Below, in pieces: positions 53,201 to 64,000 of a DNA stretch of 64,000 nt (position 1 is its first letter; each line of letters starts with the position of its first letter). The position numbers were made by a program, and so were the translations under genes. The notes beneath the pieces were generated by a model. It did not search any database, had not been told where the DNA came from, and was given only the letters and a program-made list of their open reading frames with translations. The stretch lies in contig OX597819.1 of the NCBI GenBank assembly GCA_951406725.2, forward strand, positions 14,074,001 to 14,138,000. The letters run 5' to 3'. This stretch comes from Octopus vulgaris (lineage: Eukaryota).

Positions 53201-56200
53201 TAAACATAATCATTTCTTCTCACACACACACACAACATTATTAGAGCAAGTATGAAAAGTATTTCACTATTGACGAGCAACATATGCTTTTGTAATACAA
53301 TAAGGAAAGCAAAGGAGGGGAGGGGAAAAGACAATGTTTTCAATGAGTTTCTTCAACAGGCTAACTACACATTGTTTGGATTTAACACTTTGGCTTACAT
53401 CACACACACACACTAAAGTGGCTTCATCAGTAAAGAAATTTCTTTGAAGTATCTAGTCTCAAGTCAACCCTGATGGGGTGTTCCAATGATCATAAGCTTC
53501 TTAACTTGATTGTCCTGTCTTTTTAGTGGTTTTGTTCGACTGTTATTTGTCGATCCTTATTTTTTGAATTGTGAGGGGTCTGCTTTTATGTAGATTAGAT
53601 TTCCGTTTGCAGTTGAGCTGGTTTTGTTGGTAGGGAAACGCCCCCTTTTTTTTTAAGTTGAAAGTCGAAACACACATTATCTGGATTTGTGAGATCCTTG
53701 GGAGAAGGTCAGCATCTGATGGACATGATGAATAGTAAGAAGGTAGCAGTTCTGACTAGAAATGGAGGGAGGGAAGGTTTTGTAAAAGGTGTGTGGCACA
53801 GTCAGGGGGAGTTGCGGAGAAAAGTGCTGCTATTTCATATTTACAAAGTATGACTGTGTGGTGGGGGTAATGGGGAAACGGGTGAACCTGTCATATCTTC
53901 CAATCAGCTTTGTGAATACAAGTCTTTGATATTGGTGAAGTAGCAGGAACAATTCTGTGCCAGTTCCATTGAAATCGGGGGAAGGTTTTTTTTTTTTTTT
54001 TTTAATATCTGGTATGCCTTGATTTTTGTACATGTGCACAGAAATCTTTACCCAAAAATATATAACTTTCCAATTGCACCTTTAACACACCTGTAACGAA
54101 TCGTTTCCTTCAAATTGGTATCAGGAAATGATACAGATCCACAAATCGGATGTTACCGAACATTATGTCACACCCCAATGCTTCCATGCATGCACAAGAA
54201 CCTGAATGACTTTGGAAATTTTGATTCAGGCATTTAAATCGGTGATTCCCAATGAAATACTTTTGTCTTGTAGTTACTTGGTGGGTGGGGTGTCTATTGT
54301 ATAATAGTTGTTTCTGGAACCTAATTGGAATATAGGGACCATCTTACCTGTTAAGTTATGAAGTCAGTAGTAATTAGCAGATACTTTGAATCTAAGATAC
54401 TTTTAACTTTGGGAATTAGAAAATCCTTCCTCCTCCCCCCCCCCAAAAAAAATGGATTTACTTATCCCCTATGTTTGAAATTTTAACCCCTGATCTTACA
54501 TCCATCTAAGGAAGACAAATCAAGGAGGAAGCCACAGTGAAGTAAGTCAACTTGCTAGAAATAGGAAGCAACTCTGGAAAAAATGATTTGATGGTCATAA
54601 CTGGAACGATTTTGAAAATAGGACTTCTTGATGGGAATTGACTGAAAAATAGATTCCAGTCTTCTGTTAAAAATACATTTGGTCGTGGTAGTGGGAGGAG
54701 GATAAAAATAGAAAATCTAAAACCTGACAGTGACTTTCGCGCGTGCAAAGATATTTATACACATGTACACAACCACCTCCACAACTACCTTCCAATGTAA
54801 CAACAGGTCACCTGGATGTTTTTCAGTGATATTTTCTCTTAGTTTCACTTTTGATTCTATATTTCCTTGACAATAACAACTTGAAAAAGCAAACTTTTCG
54901 ATATTAAAATCCCAAGTAAATTCTGAATTTGAAATGGGTTTGAATCCCCAAGAAATCTTTTCGGAGCGTCTACAGACTTAATTTTAGACATGATAGAAAT
55001 TTAATTCAGCCTTAGTCGAAAGACACCTGTTGTTATGTCCTGTTATTATTATGTATTTGTGTAACATTGTCCTTTTTCCCGTCCTTGTTTTTGTTTACAT
55101 TCGCTTACATTCTTCCAAAGAATCTAATGCTCTTAGCTTAGTTTTTCCTTGGGGCTGGCCAGATAGGAGCAATCTCGAGTATAATCAACTGAAATTGCAA
55201 TGGTAGAAATGTGTGGTCTGGGAGAAATCTTAATTTCTGTCAGATGCAAGGAGATTGTGCTAGAAGCTTTAATTGTCTTGGAAGTGGGATTCTTGACATC
55301 AAACAGAACGTGTCAACCAGGACAAAAATAAGCTTTTTGAATTCTGACCGTGATTGGCCAAACCAAAATGGTCAGCTACCAACACACACACAAACACAGA
55401 TATTCTTAATCAGTTTTAATCCCACGTATGAAAAAGAGGAAAGCCTCTCTATCGGAATATTGTCAGAATAACCTGAAAGGGATTTGATTGCTTATCCTCT
55501 CCATAGATTGGAATATATGGTTGTTGGTTGTGAAAATCAGTCATATCGTGTATCTGAAACAACACATTTCAAAGCTCCGCTTTGCTCCTCTCCCCAGAGA
55601 CTTTTGATTCATTTTAGGAGTCGTGTATGTTTGTAAGTAAATAACACTTCTTACAGGTTTCTTGTAGTGACCAAAAGCATTTCAACCATCAACCATTCCG
55701 CTGTTTTCTACGTTGAAAACACTAATATGGTGAGGGCTGAAGTTAGACTACATTACCTAATGCTTTCCTAGAAAATGGTAAATGATGACTCGAAGGAAAT
55801 TTGGCAACTGTTTCTAGTGTGTCTAGTGCTAATGTTAGAGGATCTCTCATTGACTCGACTCTTAAGAAACTAGTGATTTGGAAATTGTCAGTGTGTGTCT
55901 AATAATCCAGGCTAATCTAACACAGAACATTTTGCTCTTCCATATTCACTCCATCTCCCAGCAAATAAGTTAATCTTGAGTGAGTGTGTGTGTGCATGTG
56001 TGAAACTGACATTTTAAAGGACAGTTTTTTTTTATTTGATCAGAACTTCTTTGCAACTTTTTGACGAGTCCCCTCACGCCACTTGTGGTTTTATGATATA
56101 AAAATCTTATTTTTAAAATGTTCATATTTGTAATTAAAAGCCTTAAATTTTACATAAAGAACCTTCGAAAACTTTTCCAAAATCAAGATCCTTTATCTCG

Positions 56201-59200
56201 GCTTTCTATTTTTGGTAGTAATATAATCGCACCCCACTCAAGGGGTCTTGAAATGGATAGTTATGATTTCCATGATCAGCATTTTACCAGGTGTTTTTTC
56301 CATTTTCTTGCAATGTAAAAATCTCTTCGTTATCTTTCTAATGGCCTGCTGCTGTAAATTATGTAACAGGAAGTTAAGAGATGCTTGAGTAAGCTGCTAA
56401 TTTTCCTCACCCTCCTAACAAATTTGATCGTGACGAAATAAAACTTTTCTATGTAATTAGACCTAATTAGATTTTCTCTCATATGTTACTGCTTGCTACA
56501 CAGTCTTTCCATCCAAACCTCTCTCTTTCATCATGTAACGTCTGTTTGCCATGCTAGCATGGGTTGGTATATATGTGTAAATACATATCCGGCTGTTTGC
56601 CACCACCCCTTCTCTCTCTCTCTCTCTCTCTCCTCGTGTTCTCTACAACTCTCACAAGCACCTGCTAATATAGTTTATGTTCACACCACAAACCAAAATA
56701 CACATGCATTGGCACCACATACCATGTCAGATTCCTCCTGTGCTTCCATTTGCATCTTAAAGCCATTGATTAAAATGGTAAACTCCCTTCCTAGTTCAGT
56801 GCAACTACTTGGAATTCCTCAAACTGACTTCAAATGGACCAGTACCTAACATTGTCAGGGTAGAAATTTTTGATTCCAATTGTTTTTATAACTGATAAGA
56901 ATTCTTACCTTTTTTAATTTCAATTTTGTCACAAAGATTTTATGAGAGGAATAAGTTAAGATAAATTCCACACGTTTGCTTTTTAATATATTTAGTCTTC
57001 AGTGTATTTCATTACTATAGGGTCCTGATGGCCCTTTAATTCAGAGTTCAAGTCATTCAGTTTGTGTGTGCATACATGCTTTTTTTCATAGTGGATGTTG
57101 CTTATTGTTATCACCTTCAAGCAGGGCCTTTTCAATAAGCAACAGTTTATTAACATTAAGCACATAGTTTGGGGCCTGATTTTAATAACTCGTCAGCATT
57201 ATGTGGTTGTGATAAAATAAATTTTCTGATGAAGGTTACAGGGTTATTGTTAGATATACCGAGAGTGTGGTTTTGATTCCATTGCACAGTGTCATGGGAA
57301 GTTTTCTCTTACTGGATGACCCCAGGGAAAAGCATGGGAGCCTGTCTTGTGCGTGGCAGGGGAATTTTCATGACAATTGATAAACTCCTGCTTTCAAACA
57401 CATTCTGTTGTGATATTTGTTCCTCCCTAGTTGCAAACTCTCCCTTTTATGATCCTAAATGAACTTGTACTTGAAATGCAATTCAAAAAATTCTGAAACC
57501 TGGGCTGGCGTGCAAATATTCTGGAACCTCAGAACTGGTAAATAAATATTAGTTGCTAGTGTAGTGTCTGGATGACAATAGTGTTGGAGATAATCAATTT
57601 TAAAGAGGACAAAAAATTAATATAACTTGGTTATATTATTGATCTCTGATGTAACCAACTGTGATGTCATTTTTTTAGAAAAGTCATCAATAAATCCTCT
57701 TTACCATCAGTGATATTCATGTTACAGCTACCACCTCTCCTATAACGATGAAATTTTTTTTTAAATGTCCTAAGCTGACCAAACGAATTTGAACAAAGGC
57801 ATTTCCCTACTGCCACTCTCTCTCTCTACCCTTAATTATTCCATGGCCATAATTGTTCACGTGGAAGTTGGTCTTCTGCATTTTATTTTCATTAGAAATA
57901 ACTTTTAATGTTACTATGGTAACCAAGAAAATTTAAATTTCAGTCTGGAAATCAGTTTTACAAAGTTTCCTATTCAAAGTACCTTACAACACCTGTTCAT
58001 ACCTGAGGGCCCTACAAACGCACACACACACACACACATGCATGCACATGCACACACTCACACATGCCCACACGCATGCCCATGTGTGTGCGCGCACACA
58101 CACACACACACAAAGTTGTCAGTCCTGATTGAGTAGACTTATGATCAAAGTTATTCCAGCTGTGACCATCTTGTTTTTTTCTCAGGACTTAGTGTTATCT
58201 AGGACTTACATTATCTAACGTGTCCTTCTGGGGGTGTTTTTCTTTTTTTGTTTTTTGTAAGAAAGTAAGGTTGTGATTTGAGGAATATTTTGTTGCTGTT
58301 TATAATAAGGTCAGTTATCTATGAAAAGCCCTTACTTCCATGTGAGGTGGGATTTGAGAAATCTGTTCATAATATTTGTACCATTTAATGCTTAAAGCTT
58401 AAGTGTTTATTTTTAATTACGACATTGCTTGTATTCAGTGCCATAGTTATGAAACTACCAATAACCTATTTTATATTACTGTATAACAAATATAGGTTAT
58501 TTTGGTTACAGGAATTTAAATGACACCCACAAGCTTATCTACTCTCCATCTAATTAGACTTTATTGATTAGTAATATTACTTTTTAAAATATTTTTTATT
58601 ACTAACAAGCTGGGCTTCCCTACTAGTTGCCCTACTTTAAAATCTCCACCGCTAAAATGCAAAAGGTAAGCAGTTGATTAATTCGTTTTATGCAATCCTT
58701 TCAGCAGATTTGTACAACTTTTTTTGATAGTGGTGAAGAATAGACTCGCTGTTTAAACCTTTTAACGTGTATCGTGTTCTACTCCAGCTAAATATGAATG
58801 AAATTTAATATGTGAGGTTTTCTACTCTATCCAGAGGTTCCATGAAAGTTTAGTAGAGGAAACTACTATGTTCTTGTTGTTATTCAATCATTCTTTTAGC
58901 AGCATTTCTTCCACTCATAGCTTGTGGCACTCTTACAAGGAAAAGAAAAAAAAAAATGAAAAACTTTTTCTATTTTAATTCTTGAAAAAGAAATCTATTT
59001 TTAGCGTCTTGCTGATTCGTTTACCATTCCACACGTAGTAAATACTTTGATAACATTTTACTGTCAGTTTATTATACATTCTCAGTTCTGTGAGTGAAAT
59101 ACCAAATATATATCATGAGATGAGTAAATTTAATAAAATTCCTTAATGTGTCTTGCCTCATATCTATGATTACTCCAGCTTCACAGGTGATTGCCATCTC

Positions 59201-62200
59201 ACTGTGATTCCTTGTTGTCAATGTCATTTCTGACTTTCAATATATGACCTCCCAGATGACTATTCGGCCCCATTTGCAGAGCTCCATGGTTTGAGGTATA
59301 TGTGACTGGCGAGATGTAACTTGTGACTGGTTAGGTCTGCACGTCACCCTAAAGAGACCTCTGGACATCATTGGCCCCTATTCCTATATCTACTCTAACA
59401 CAGTTGTAGCACCTGTTATGTGTCTGTGTGTGTGTTTATCCCCCTTACCATTGCTTGACTACCAATGTTGGTGTGTCTACGTCTCTATAACTTAGCGGCT
59501 TGGCAAGAGACCGATAGAATAAGTACTAGACTGACAAAGAATGTCCTGGGGTCAATTTGTTCGACTAAAGGTGGTGCTCCAGCATGGCCACAGTCAAATG
59601 ACTGAAACAAATAAAATACACACACAAACATAACCACACCCTATCTGCATCTGCATACTCGCAGTTAGGCATGATCCCAGTTATGGGTTAACTAGCATGT
59701 GTGATGGCATTCCATCTGAGTATGGGGGTACAGAAATACCCTTGACATCAGGGCACGCATTAAAACCATAAATATCTAAAATAAAAAACTTGTTAATGAA
59801 TTCAGAATTTAATAGTTAACGATGTTGACATTATTTTGATGGTCTCAATGAGGGCTAACTTAATTACACACCAAGTCCCTGTTTGTGTAACCCTTCCTCA
59901 TTTCACTTTTACCGTCTTGGCCCCAAACTCCTTTCCATTCATTCTGCACTAAACACTGTTACATAAGTCTTGACTCTCTGGAGCTTTGTTTAATTCCAGG
60001 CTAGACCTGATTGAGCAAACCTATAATAAAAGGCATTCCAACTGTGACCATCTTGTCCTATATTTTTTCCTGGTAGTCTACCAAGGACTACAAGGACAAA
60101 GTTTCATGTCCCTGCTTAATACAACTATCATATTTGCTGGCTCATAAAAACCTTATTCTCTGACAGATTATAAGACAATTGAAAAAAGGAAAAAGCCATT
60201 CCTTACTTTCTTTGGATTGTATTGAAAAAATGTGTGATTATATATACACTCACTCACACACACACATACATATACATACACGGTTCTGTGTGGCACTTTG
60301 GGCAAGGGTCTTCTATAGCCTCAGGTTGACCAAAGCCTTGTGAGTGGATTTGGTTGATGGAAACTGGAAGAAGCCTGTAGTGTGTGTGTGTGTTTATCCC
60401 CTTACCATTGCTTGACAACCAATGTTGGTGTGTCTACGTCCCTATAACTTAGCAGCTTGGCAAGAGACCGATAGAATAAGTACTAGACTGACAAAGAATA
60501 AGTCCTGGGACCAATTTGTTCGACTAAAGGTGGTGCTCCAGCATGGCCACACTCAAATGACTGAAACAAATAAAAGATTATATACACGCACACACACAAA
60601 CATAACCACACCCTATCTGCATCTGCATACTCGCAATTTTAACCAATATTTTGTTAACTCTTAAATCAATTACTGTTTGATTTTTCTTTTAATTAGCATT
60701 AGTTTTAGCTGAATTGACTAATCGTTTCTGCTTTAGGCATAAGGCCTGAAATTTTGATGGGAGGGGTCTAGGTGATTATTCTGACCCCATTTCTCAACTG
60801 GTACTTTATTTATTGGCACTGAAAAGATGAAAGGCAAAGTCCACCTCAGCAGCTTTTGAACTTAGTACTAGTAGTAATAATATAATAATAATAATAATGC
60901 ATCCATTAGAATTAAAAACTTAGACACTTCTGTATGGTTACTCAATTGTTTAGAAATGGCAGCCAAATCTTCCTTAAAGTACACACTACCATCTTCAAAA
61001 TACTTTTTGTATCCTATGGTCCCTAGATATACTGTCATGGGGAAAACATACCAGATGGTCTCAGCTGGAAATACCTTAATCAGATTAATGCTAAACAACC
61101 ATGATGTTATTATTCATCGATGACTCTGTATCCTCCTTTAATTTCTTCCCTTGAATTCTTTTGAGAGCTGATGCTTAGTCCTGCCTAGTCCCCCTCATCT
61201 TGTAGAGGAGGGCGGGATACACCAGCTTGTTGTAGTTGACAGTCCGTCCTCAATGATTTGGTTCTTTACATTATTTACATTTGATGGATATTTGTCCTCA
61301 TCTTGTTTGTTAACACGACATTTCGGCTGATATTTCCTCCAGCCTTTATCAAGTGTCCTGGGGAAATTTCAAACCTAGGTTCACATTTCTAAGGTATTTT
61401 TCGATGTTATTATTCAGGTCACTGCTTGGAACCGAACTCAGAATCTTGGGGGTTAGTAGCCTGTGCTCTTAACCACTACGCCATATGCCCGTGGGCAATT
61501 ATGGAGTGACTTCTAGAGCTTATAAATATATTTTCCTAGCCTTTCTTTGGTTCTTATTTCATATTTCTCAGAGCAGCTTCAACCATATGTTTCTGAAAGT
61601 AGTGGACAAGTGATATTATGCACTCCAATACTGGCCAACCTGACTTTACAATCCTGGTCCCAGTACCGCTATTAGAATTTAATATTGCTTCAAGATAAAG
61701 CTTTAACTTTACAAATGTCTTTTAATTCCTGGATTTCTGTTATATAATGTGACCAGTGATGTATTTGGTCTTCTCAATGCTACTGAATCTTAAAATCCCA
61801 TTCTACCATCTTAATATAATCTGGGACTTAGATTAAAGGTGTAAGCAATCAGGGCTAAGCAGGGACTAAATGATGAGTTTAGCTTTGTCAAGGAAGACCT
61901 GGACATATGGATTAACTAGTCCTCAGGTCAACTAGTATCAGTAACTATAATGACTGCAAGAGCTGAATGCTGGGACAGGAGAAAGGCAAAATACAAACAA
62001 GATATTGTGAAGTAGCATTTCCATTGAGTAAAATTGACATAAGACTTATTTCTAAATAACAGGACACTTAGGTTATCAGAATGATTTGTGTGTGTGGATG
62101 GGGGTATACATATAATCAACAGCATTTGTTTATTGCATGGTAGACTTAGTCATCAATTTAGCACCACCTACCCCTTGGCTAGGTGGTGCGAAACTGCAGG

Positions 62201-62987
62201 TATCTGTCAATCTGTTGCAAACAAAAGGATCCGGTCTAAGATCCTTCTGACTCATTGGTAAATCTTTTTCACAAAAAAAAAAATGGATTGGTGAGTTGAG
62301 AAAAACTCTGCATCAAGGCTTTCGGGTTTTCCTAATCTTGACAAAATTATGTTAATTACAATTTGAGGTGACATTTCAATCCTAAAATGATTTGCCCCTG
62401 AGAGCATCAACTCTAGAAATCTTTTAACCCTTTAGTGTTCACATTATTCTGCTAAAATTAATGCTTTTTCCTCCATACTGTTTTGAACTAATCATGCATT
62501 ATCTTGTAACTATGAGAATTTGATGAGGTAGCAGTTAATTTTTAAAACAATATTGTAGGGTTGGTATGAAAGAACAGATATGGCCAGTCTGAACATAAAA
62601 CAGGTTGAATACATTTGGCCGGTTTAAATGCTAAAGGGTTAACTTACTGAGCAGGAGTTACCAGAATCTTAATTAGTCTCGAGTATAACTCGCACTTCTA
62701 GAATAGAACCTGAGTAGGTACATCGTTTGGATTCTTGTTTTATATATATACCACATGGATGACGTATTTGTGTATTAAATTTTATTTTATTTAGAACTGT
62801 TGTGTAAGTGAAACACTTTATTTTAATAAATTCTCTTTTTGTTTGTTGCAGGGAATGCAAAATTCAAGTTGATATAGAAAAACCAACAAACCGAGACATT
62901 ACAGATGCTTTATTAAAACATGAGCAAGCACAGAGGCACTTGAAAAATAACTTGGACTATCAACATGTTTCGGCTACAGAAGTCTGA
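23843..62987 (+). CDS. Delta: Delta-like Notch ligand, 10 coding exons, about 731 aa: join(23843..23902,25005..25313,27125..27182,42468..42728,45228..45288,47924..48054,49454..49623,50294..50510,51061..51853,62852..62987)
   Basis: All introns are GT-AG and the phases are consistent (0,0,1,1,2,1,0,1,2). The total of 2196 nt is open. Domains are signal peptide, MNNL, DSL, 9 EGF, TM and C-terminal ATEV. No VWC domain is present, so this is not Serrate/Jagged. Confidence 0.95.
25005..25313 (+). CDS. Delta: Delta exon 2 (MNNL domain)
   Basis: [44 protein letters not shown], with a CAG| acceptor and |GTAAGT donor. Confidence 0.95.
25560..25985 (+). mobile_element. Two tandem Nin-type SINEs in Delta intron 2
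   Basis: GAGTTCAAATTCCGCCGAGGTCGAC core, followed by a second, more diverged copy. Confidence 0.75.
26509..26575. mobile_element. Mini-MITE with palindromic ends and a CCCTAA core
   Basis: GAATACGTACACC...GGTGTACGTGTTC; an inverted sister copy lies at 27647-27714. Confidence 0.55.
27125..27182 (+). CDS. Delta: Delta exon 3
   Basis: [11 protein letters not shown] completes the conserved [13 protein letters not shown] motif, with an AAG| acceptor and G|GTAAGT donor. Confidence 0.92.
27647..27714. mobile_element. Mini-MITE, inverted sister of 26509-26575
   Basis: 18-bp TIR GTAAAGAATATGTACACC...GGTGTACGTATTCTTTAC. A TGCCTAGT direct repeat lies at 27630 and 27721. Confidence 0.6.
27972..28007 (+). 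ncRNA. Minimal type I hammerhead ribozyme in a Penelope-type short repeat
   Basis: GTTT-CTGACGA-A-GAG(gctccg)CTC-GAAA-CGTT-AAAC. Stem I is GTTT/AAAC, stem II is GAG/CTC, stem III is palindromic and loopless, and the triplet is GUU. Confidence 0.75.
28594..31935 (+). pseudogene. Disrupted Penelope-like ORF: reverse transcriptase, Cys-rich linker and C-terminal GIY-YIG endonuclease
   Basis: Motifs are [46 protein letters not shown], CxxxxCxx[15 protein letters not shown]...R..EH and PSLN. Stops and frameshifts split it into pieces 28594-29031, 29290-30777, 30810-31334 and 31288-31935. Confidence 0.93.
32322..32361 (+). ncRNA. Hammerhead-like motif (variant core) in the Penelope pseudo-LTR; mirror copy at about 28313-28352 on the minus strand
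   Basis: CCA-CTGATGC-G-GTCAC(aggagt)GTGAC-GAAA-G(aa)CTC-TGG. Position A9 is C in both arms. Confidence 0.55.
32610..33512. repeat. About 900-bp compound (TA)n/(TG)n microsatellite
   Basis: Directly visible; it generates the spurious YI/CV-rich ORFs in the track. Confidence 0.97.
36470..36690 (+). mobile_element. piggyBac-type MITE
   Basis: TTAA|CCCTTTAG...CTAAAGGG|TTAA. Confidence 0.88.
39946..40150. mobile_element. piggyBac-type MITE, second family
   Basis: TTAA|CCCTTTCGGC...GCCGAAAGGG|CTAA, with a perfect 10-bp TIR. Confidence 0.75.
41380..42200 (+). mobile_element. SINE cluster (Meta-domain-like plus tRNA SINE with duplicated tail)
   Basis: AAGAAGGGCATCCAGCTGTAGAAAC, the TGGTAAGTAGCTTGC head and GCTCCAGCATGGC tails. 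Confidence 0.7.
42468..42728 (+). CDS. Delta: Delta exon 4 (DSL domain)
   Basis: [47 protein letters not shown], with TAG| and |GTAAGG. Confidence 0.97.
42941..43200. mobile_element. hAT (Charlie-like) MITE
   Basis: TIR CAGTGGTTCCCAAA / TTTGGGAAACACTG, with an 8-bp TSD CCCTAAGT / CCCTAAAT. Confidence 0.85.
43700..44098 (+). mobile_element. Full-length tRNA-derived SINE
   Basis: A box TGGCTGTGTGG, B box GGTTCAGTCCC and an (AAAAGAGT)n tail. Related pieces lie at 960-1107, 6798-7184, 48290-48635, 59420-59615 and 60280-60576. Confidence 0.85.
45228..45288 (+). CDS. Delta: Delta exon 5 (EGF1/DOS; not in the ORF track)
   Basis: [21 protein letters not shown], with TTTTTAG| and AA|GTAAGT; 61 nt. 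Confidence 0.95.
47529..47850. mobile_element. Fold-back pair of hammerhead-bearing SINE-like elements
   Basis: Arms about 47532-47672 and 47690-47830 are reverse complements. Hammerhead motifs lie at 47578-47621 (-) and 47741-47784 (+). Confidence 0.85.
47924..48054 (+). CDS. Delta: Delta exon 6 (EGF1-2)
   Basis: [43 protein letters not shown], with CAG| and G|GTAAGT. Confidence 0.97.
48941..49390. mobile_element. Fold-back pair of tRNA-headed hammerhead SINE-like elements with a 12-bp TSD
   Basis: TSD TAGATTGAACAA at 48929-48940 and 49391-49402. The left arm (-) has a full tRNA-like head and the right arm (+) is 5'-truncated. Hammerheads lie at 49025-49068 (-) and 49308-49347 (+). Confidence 0.88.
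49454..49623 (+). CDS. Delta: Delta exon 7 (EGF3-4; not in the ORF track)
   Basis: [39 protein letters not shown]...SGTCE, with TAG| and GAG|GTTAGT. Confidence 0.97.
49687..49906 (-). mobile_element. piggyBac-type MITE
   Basis: TTAA|TCCTTTAG...CTAAAGGG|TTAA; the body is the reverse complement of the 36470 family. Confidence 0.8.
50294..50510 (+). CDS. Delta: Delta exon 8 (EGF4-6)
   Basis: [20 protein letters not shown]...CASNPCQNK, with CAG| and AAG|GTAAAA. Confidence 0.95.
51061..51853 (+). CDS. Delta: Delta exon 9 (EGF6-9, TM, proximal intracellular domain)
   Basis: EGF repeats, TM segment [25 protein letters not shown], then RHQR and QNRIN. Splice sites are TTTTCAG| and GG|GTGAGT. Confidence 0.95.
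61267..61493 (-). mobile_element. Solo copy of the tRNA-headed hammerhead SINE-like element
   Basis: The minus strand has TGGCGTAGTGG (A box), GAGTTCGGTTCC (B box), then a decayed hammerhead ACAC-TTGATAA-AGGCTG..CAGCC-GAAA-TGTC-GTGT. Confidence 0.8.
62428..62638 (-). mobile_element. piggyBac-type MITE
   Basis: TTAA|CCCTTTAG...CTAAAGGG|TTAA. Confidence 0.85.
62852..62987 (+). CDS. Delta: Delta exon 10 (C-terminus ...HVSATEV*; not in the ORF track)
   Basis: The TTGCAG| acceptor is phase-2 compatible. The exon translates to [10 protein letters not shown]...[12 protein letters not shown], ending in the Delta-family PDZ-binding motif. Confidence 0.92.
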
Positions 62988-64000
62988 ATAATCCCCTTTT
63001 CTGTTTTTTCTTTCTCTCTCCTGCAGTAGCAACATCATAACATGTTGTTCAGAATAGCAAAACAGATATAATCTAAGTGCCTTTTTATTTATTTTTTTTT
63101 ATTTATTTTTTTTTTTATTTTTCACAGAAAAGGCATTTTTTTCTGTGGCTATTTCTCTGAATTGTATTTTTGTAAGAGATTATTTTACACCTGTCTTCTC
63201 TGTTAGTGAACGGAGTGGATAAGAGTTGCCTGGTGGGTGTGGAATGCACACACGCACACACACAAACACATACATACATACACACGCCTACATAACATAC
63301 ACACATGTACACTTCCCCCCCTCTGCGAGAGAGGTAGGTAACCTTGTGTTAACACTGCACTGCCAGATGAGTGTACAAAAAGAGAAGATAGTTAAATCCC
63401 ACCCCCCCTTTTTTTTTTGAAATTTCTTTCTTCTCTCCACCCATCTTGGCTACACAGTAATAAAGCTGCTGGAAGAAGAGCCTCTAAGACAGAGCCACTC
63501 CCCAGCTAATTCCAGGATGTCCTTGTTGACCTACCCTAAGTTGAGCACAAACAGGATGGGCATTTTGTCACATTCCTTTGTCTCTGCCTGCTAGACCATA
63601 AAAGAAGTACAAAAGCTACAATGATTGACTAAGACTGGTACAACTCTCCCTCCTTTACCTTTTTTTTTTTTTTTTATATTTCCCCTGCCCCCTCTAATTC
63701 ATGGAATCTTTTTTTATATTTCCCCTGTACCTCTAATTCATGGAATCTTCAAACATCCATGTAAGAATTGAGAAAGCATGTCTTGCTAAGATACATCACA
63801 AAGTAAGAGTGATGAGAATCGGAAGAAATTTCTTCAGGTGTTGGAAGACCCAGAAATTTGGGATGGAATACTTGGGATACTGTGTTTTTATATATACACA
63901 TATAAAAACATTTTTTTTTTTTCATTTTTCCATTATATATATATATTGTTTTAATATACATTAGTAAATTATTTTGCCTTTAGTTTTAAGTTTAAAACAA
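62988..64000 (+). promoter_or_regulatory. Delta 3' UTR (probably runs past the window) with miR-124, miR-34 and miR-1 seed matches
   Basis: GTGCCTT at 63077, CACTGCCA at 63358 and ACATTCC at 63570. Confidence 0.55.

Noticed and set aside
23843-62987. Serrate/Jagged or Notch identity
   Set aside because: There are only 9 EGF repeats, no VWC, LNR or ankyrin domains, and the protein ends in ATEV.
63672-63750. About 40-bp tandem duplication in the 3' UTR
   Set aside because: It has two copies next to poly-T and no recognisable motif, so it is most likely slippage.

Overview
This is eukaryotic, repeat-rich DNA. The SINE families and TA/TG microsatellites look like an octopod cephalopod (Octopus); that assignment is my inference. 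The window holds one complete host gene on the + strand, a Delta-type Notch ligand. I reconstructed 10 coding exons by hand (23843-62987), all GT-AG and phase-compatible, giving about 731 aa: signal peptide, MNNL, DSL, 9 EGF repeats, TM, a QNxxN motif and a C-terminal ATEV PDZ ligand. Four exons (1 as a separate exon, 5, 7, 10) are not resolved in the ORF track. Intron 3 carries a frameshifted Penelope-like retroelement (RT plus GIY-YIG) bracketed by about 530-bp inverted repeats. The least expected signal is a set of hammerhead-ribozyme motifs from several unrelated repeat families. One family is a tRNA-headed (Pol III) SINE-like element that carries a hammerhead and inserts as fold-back pairs just upstream of two consecutive Delta splice acceptors. 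The rest is SINEs, piggyBac- and hAT-type MITEs, a Helitron, LINE remnants and candidate Delta regulatory elements. Most short ORFs in the track are microsatellite or repeat artefacts.
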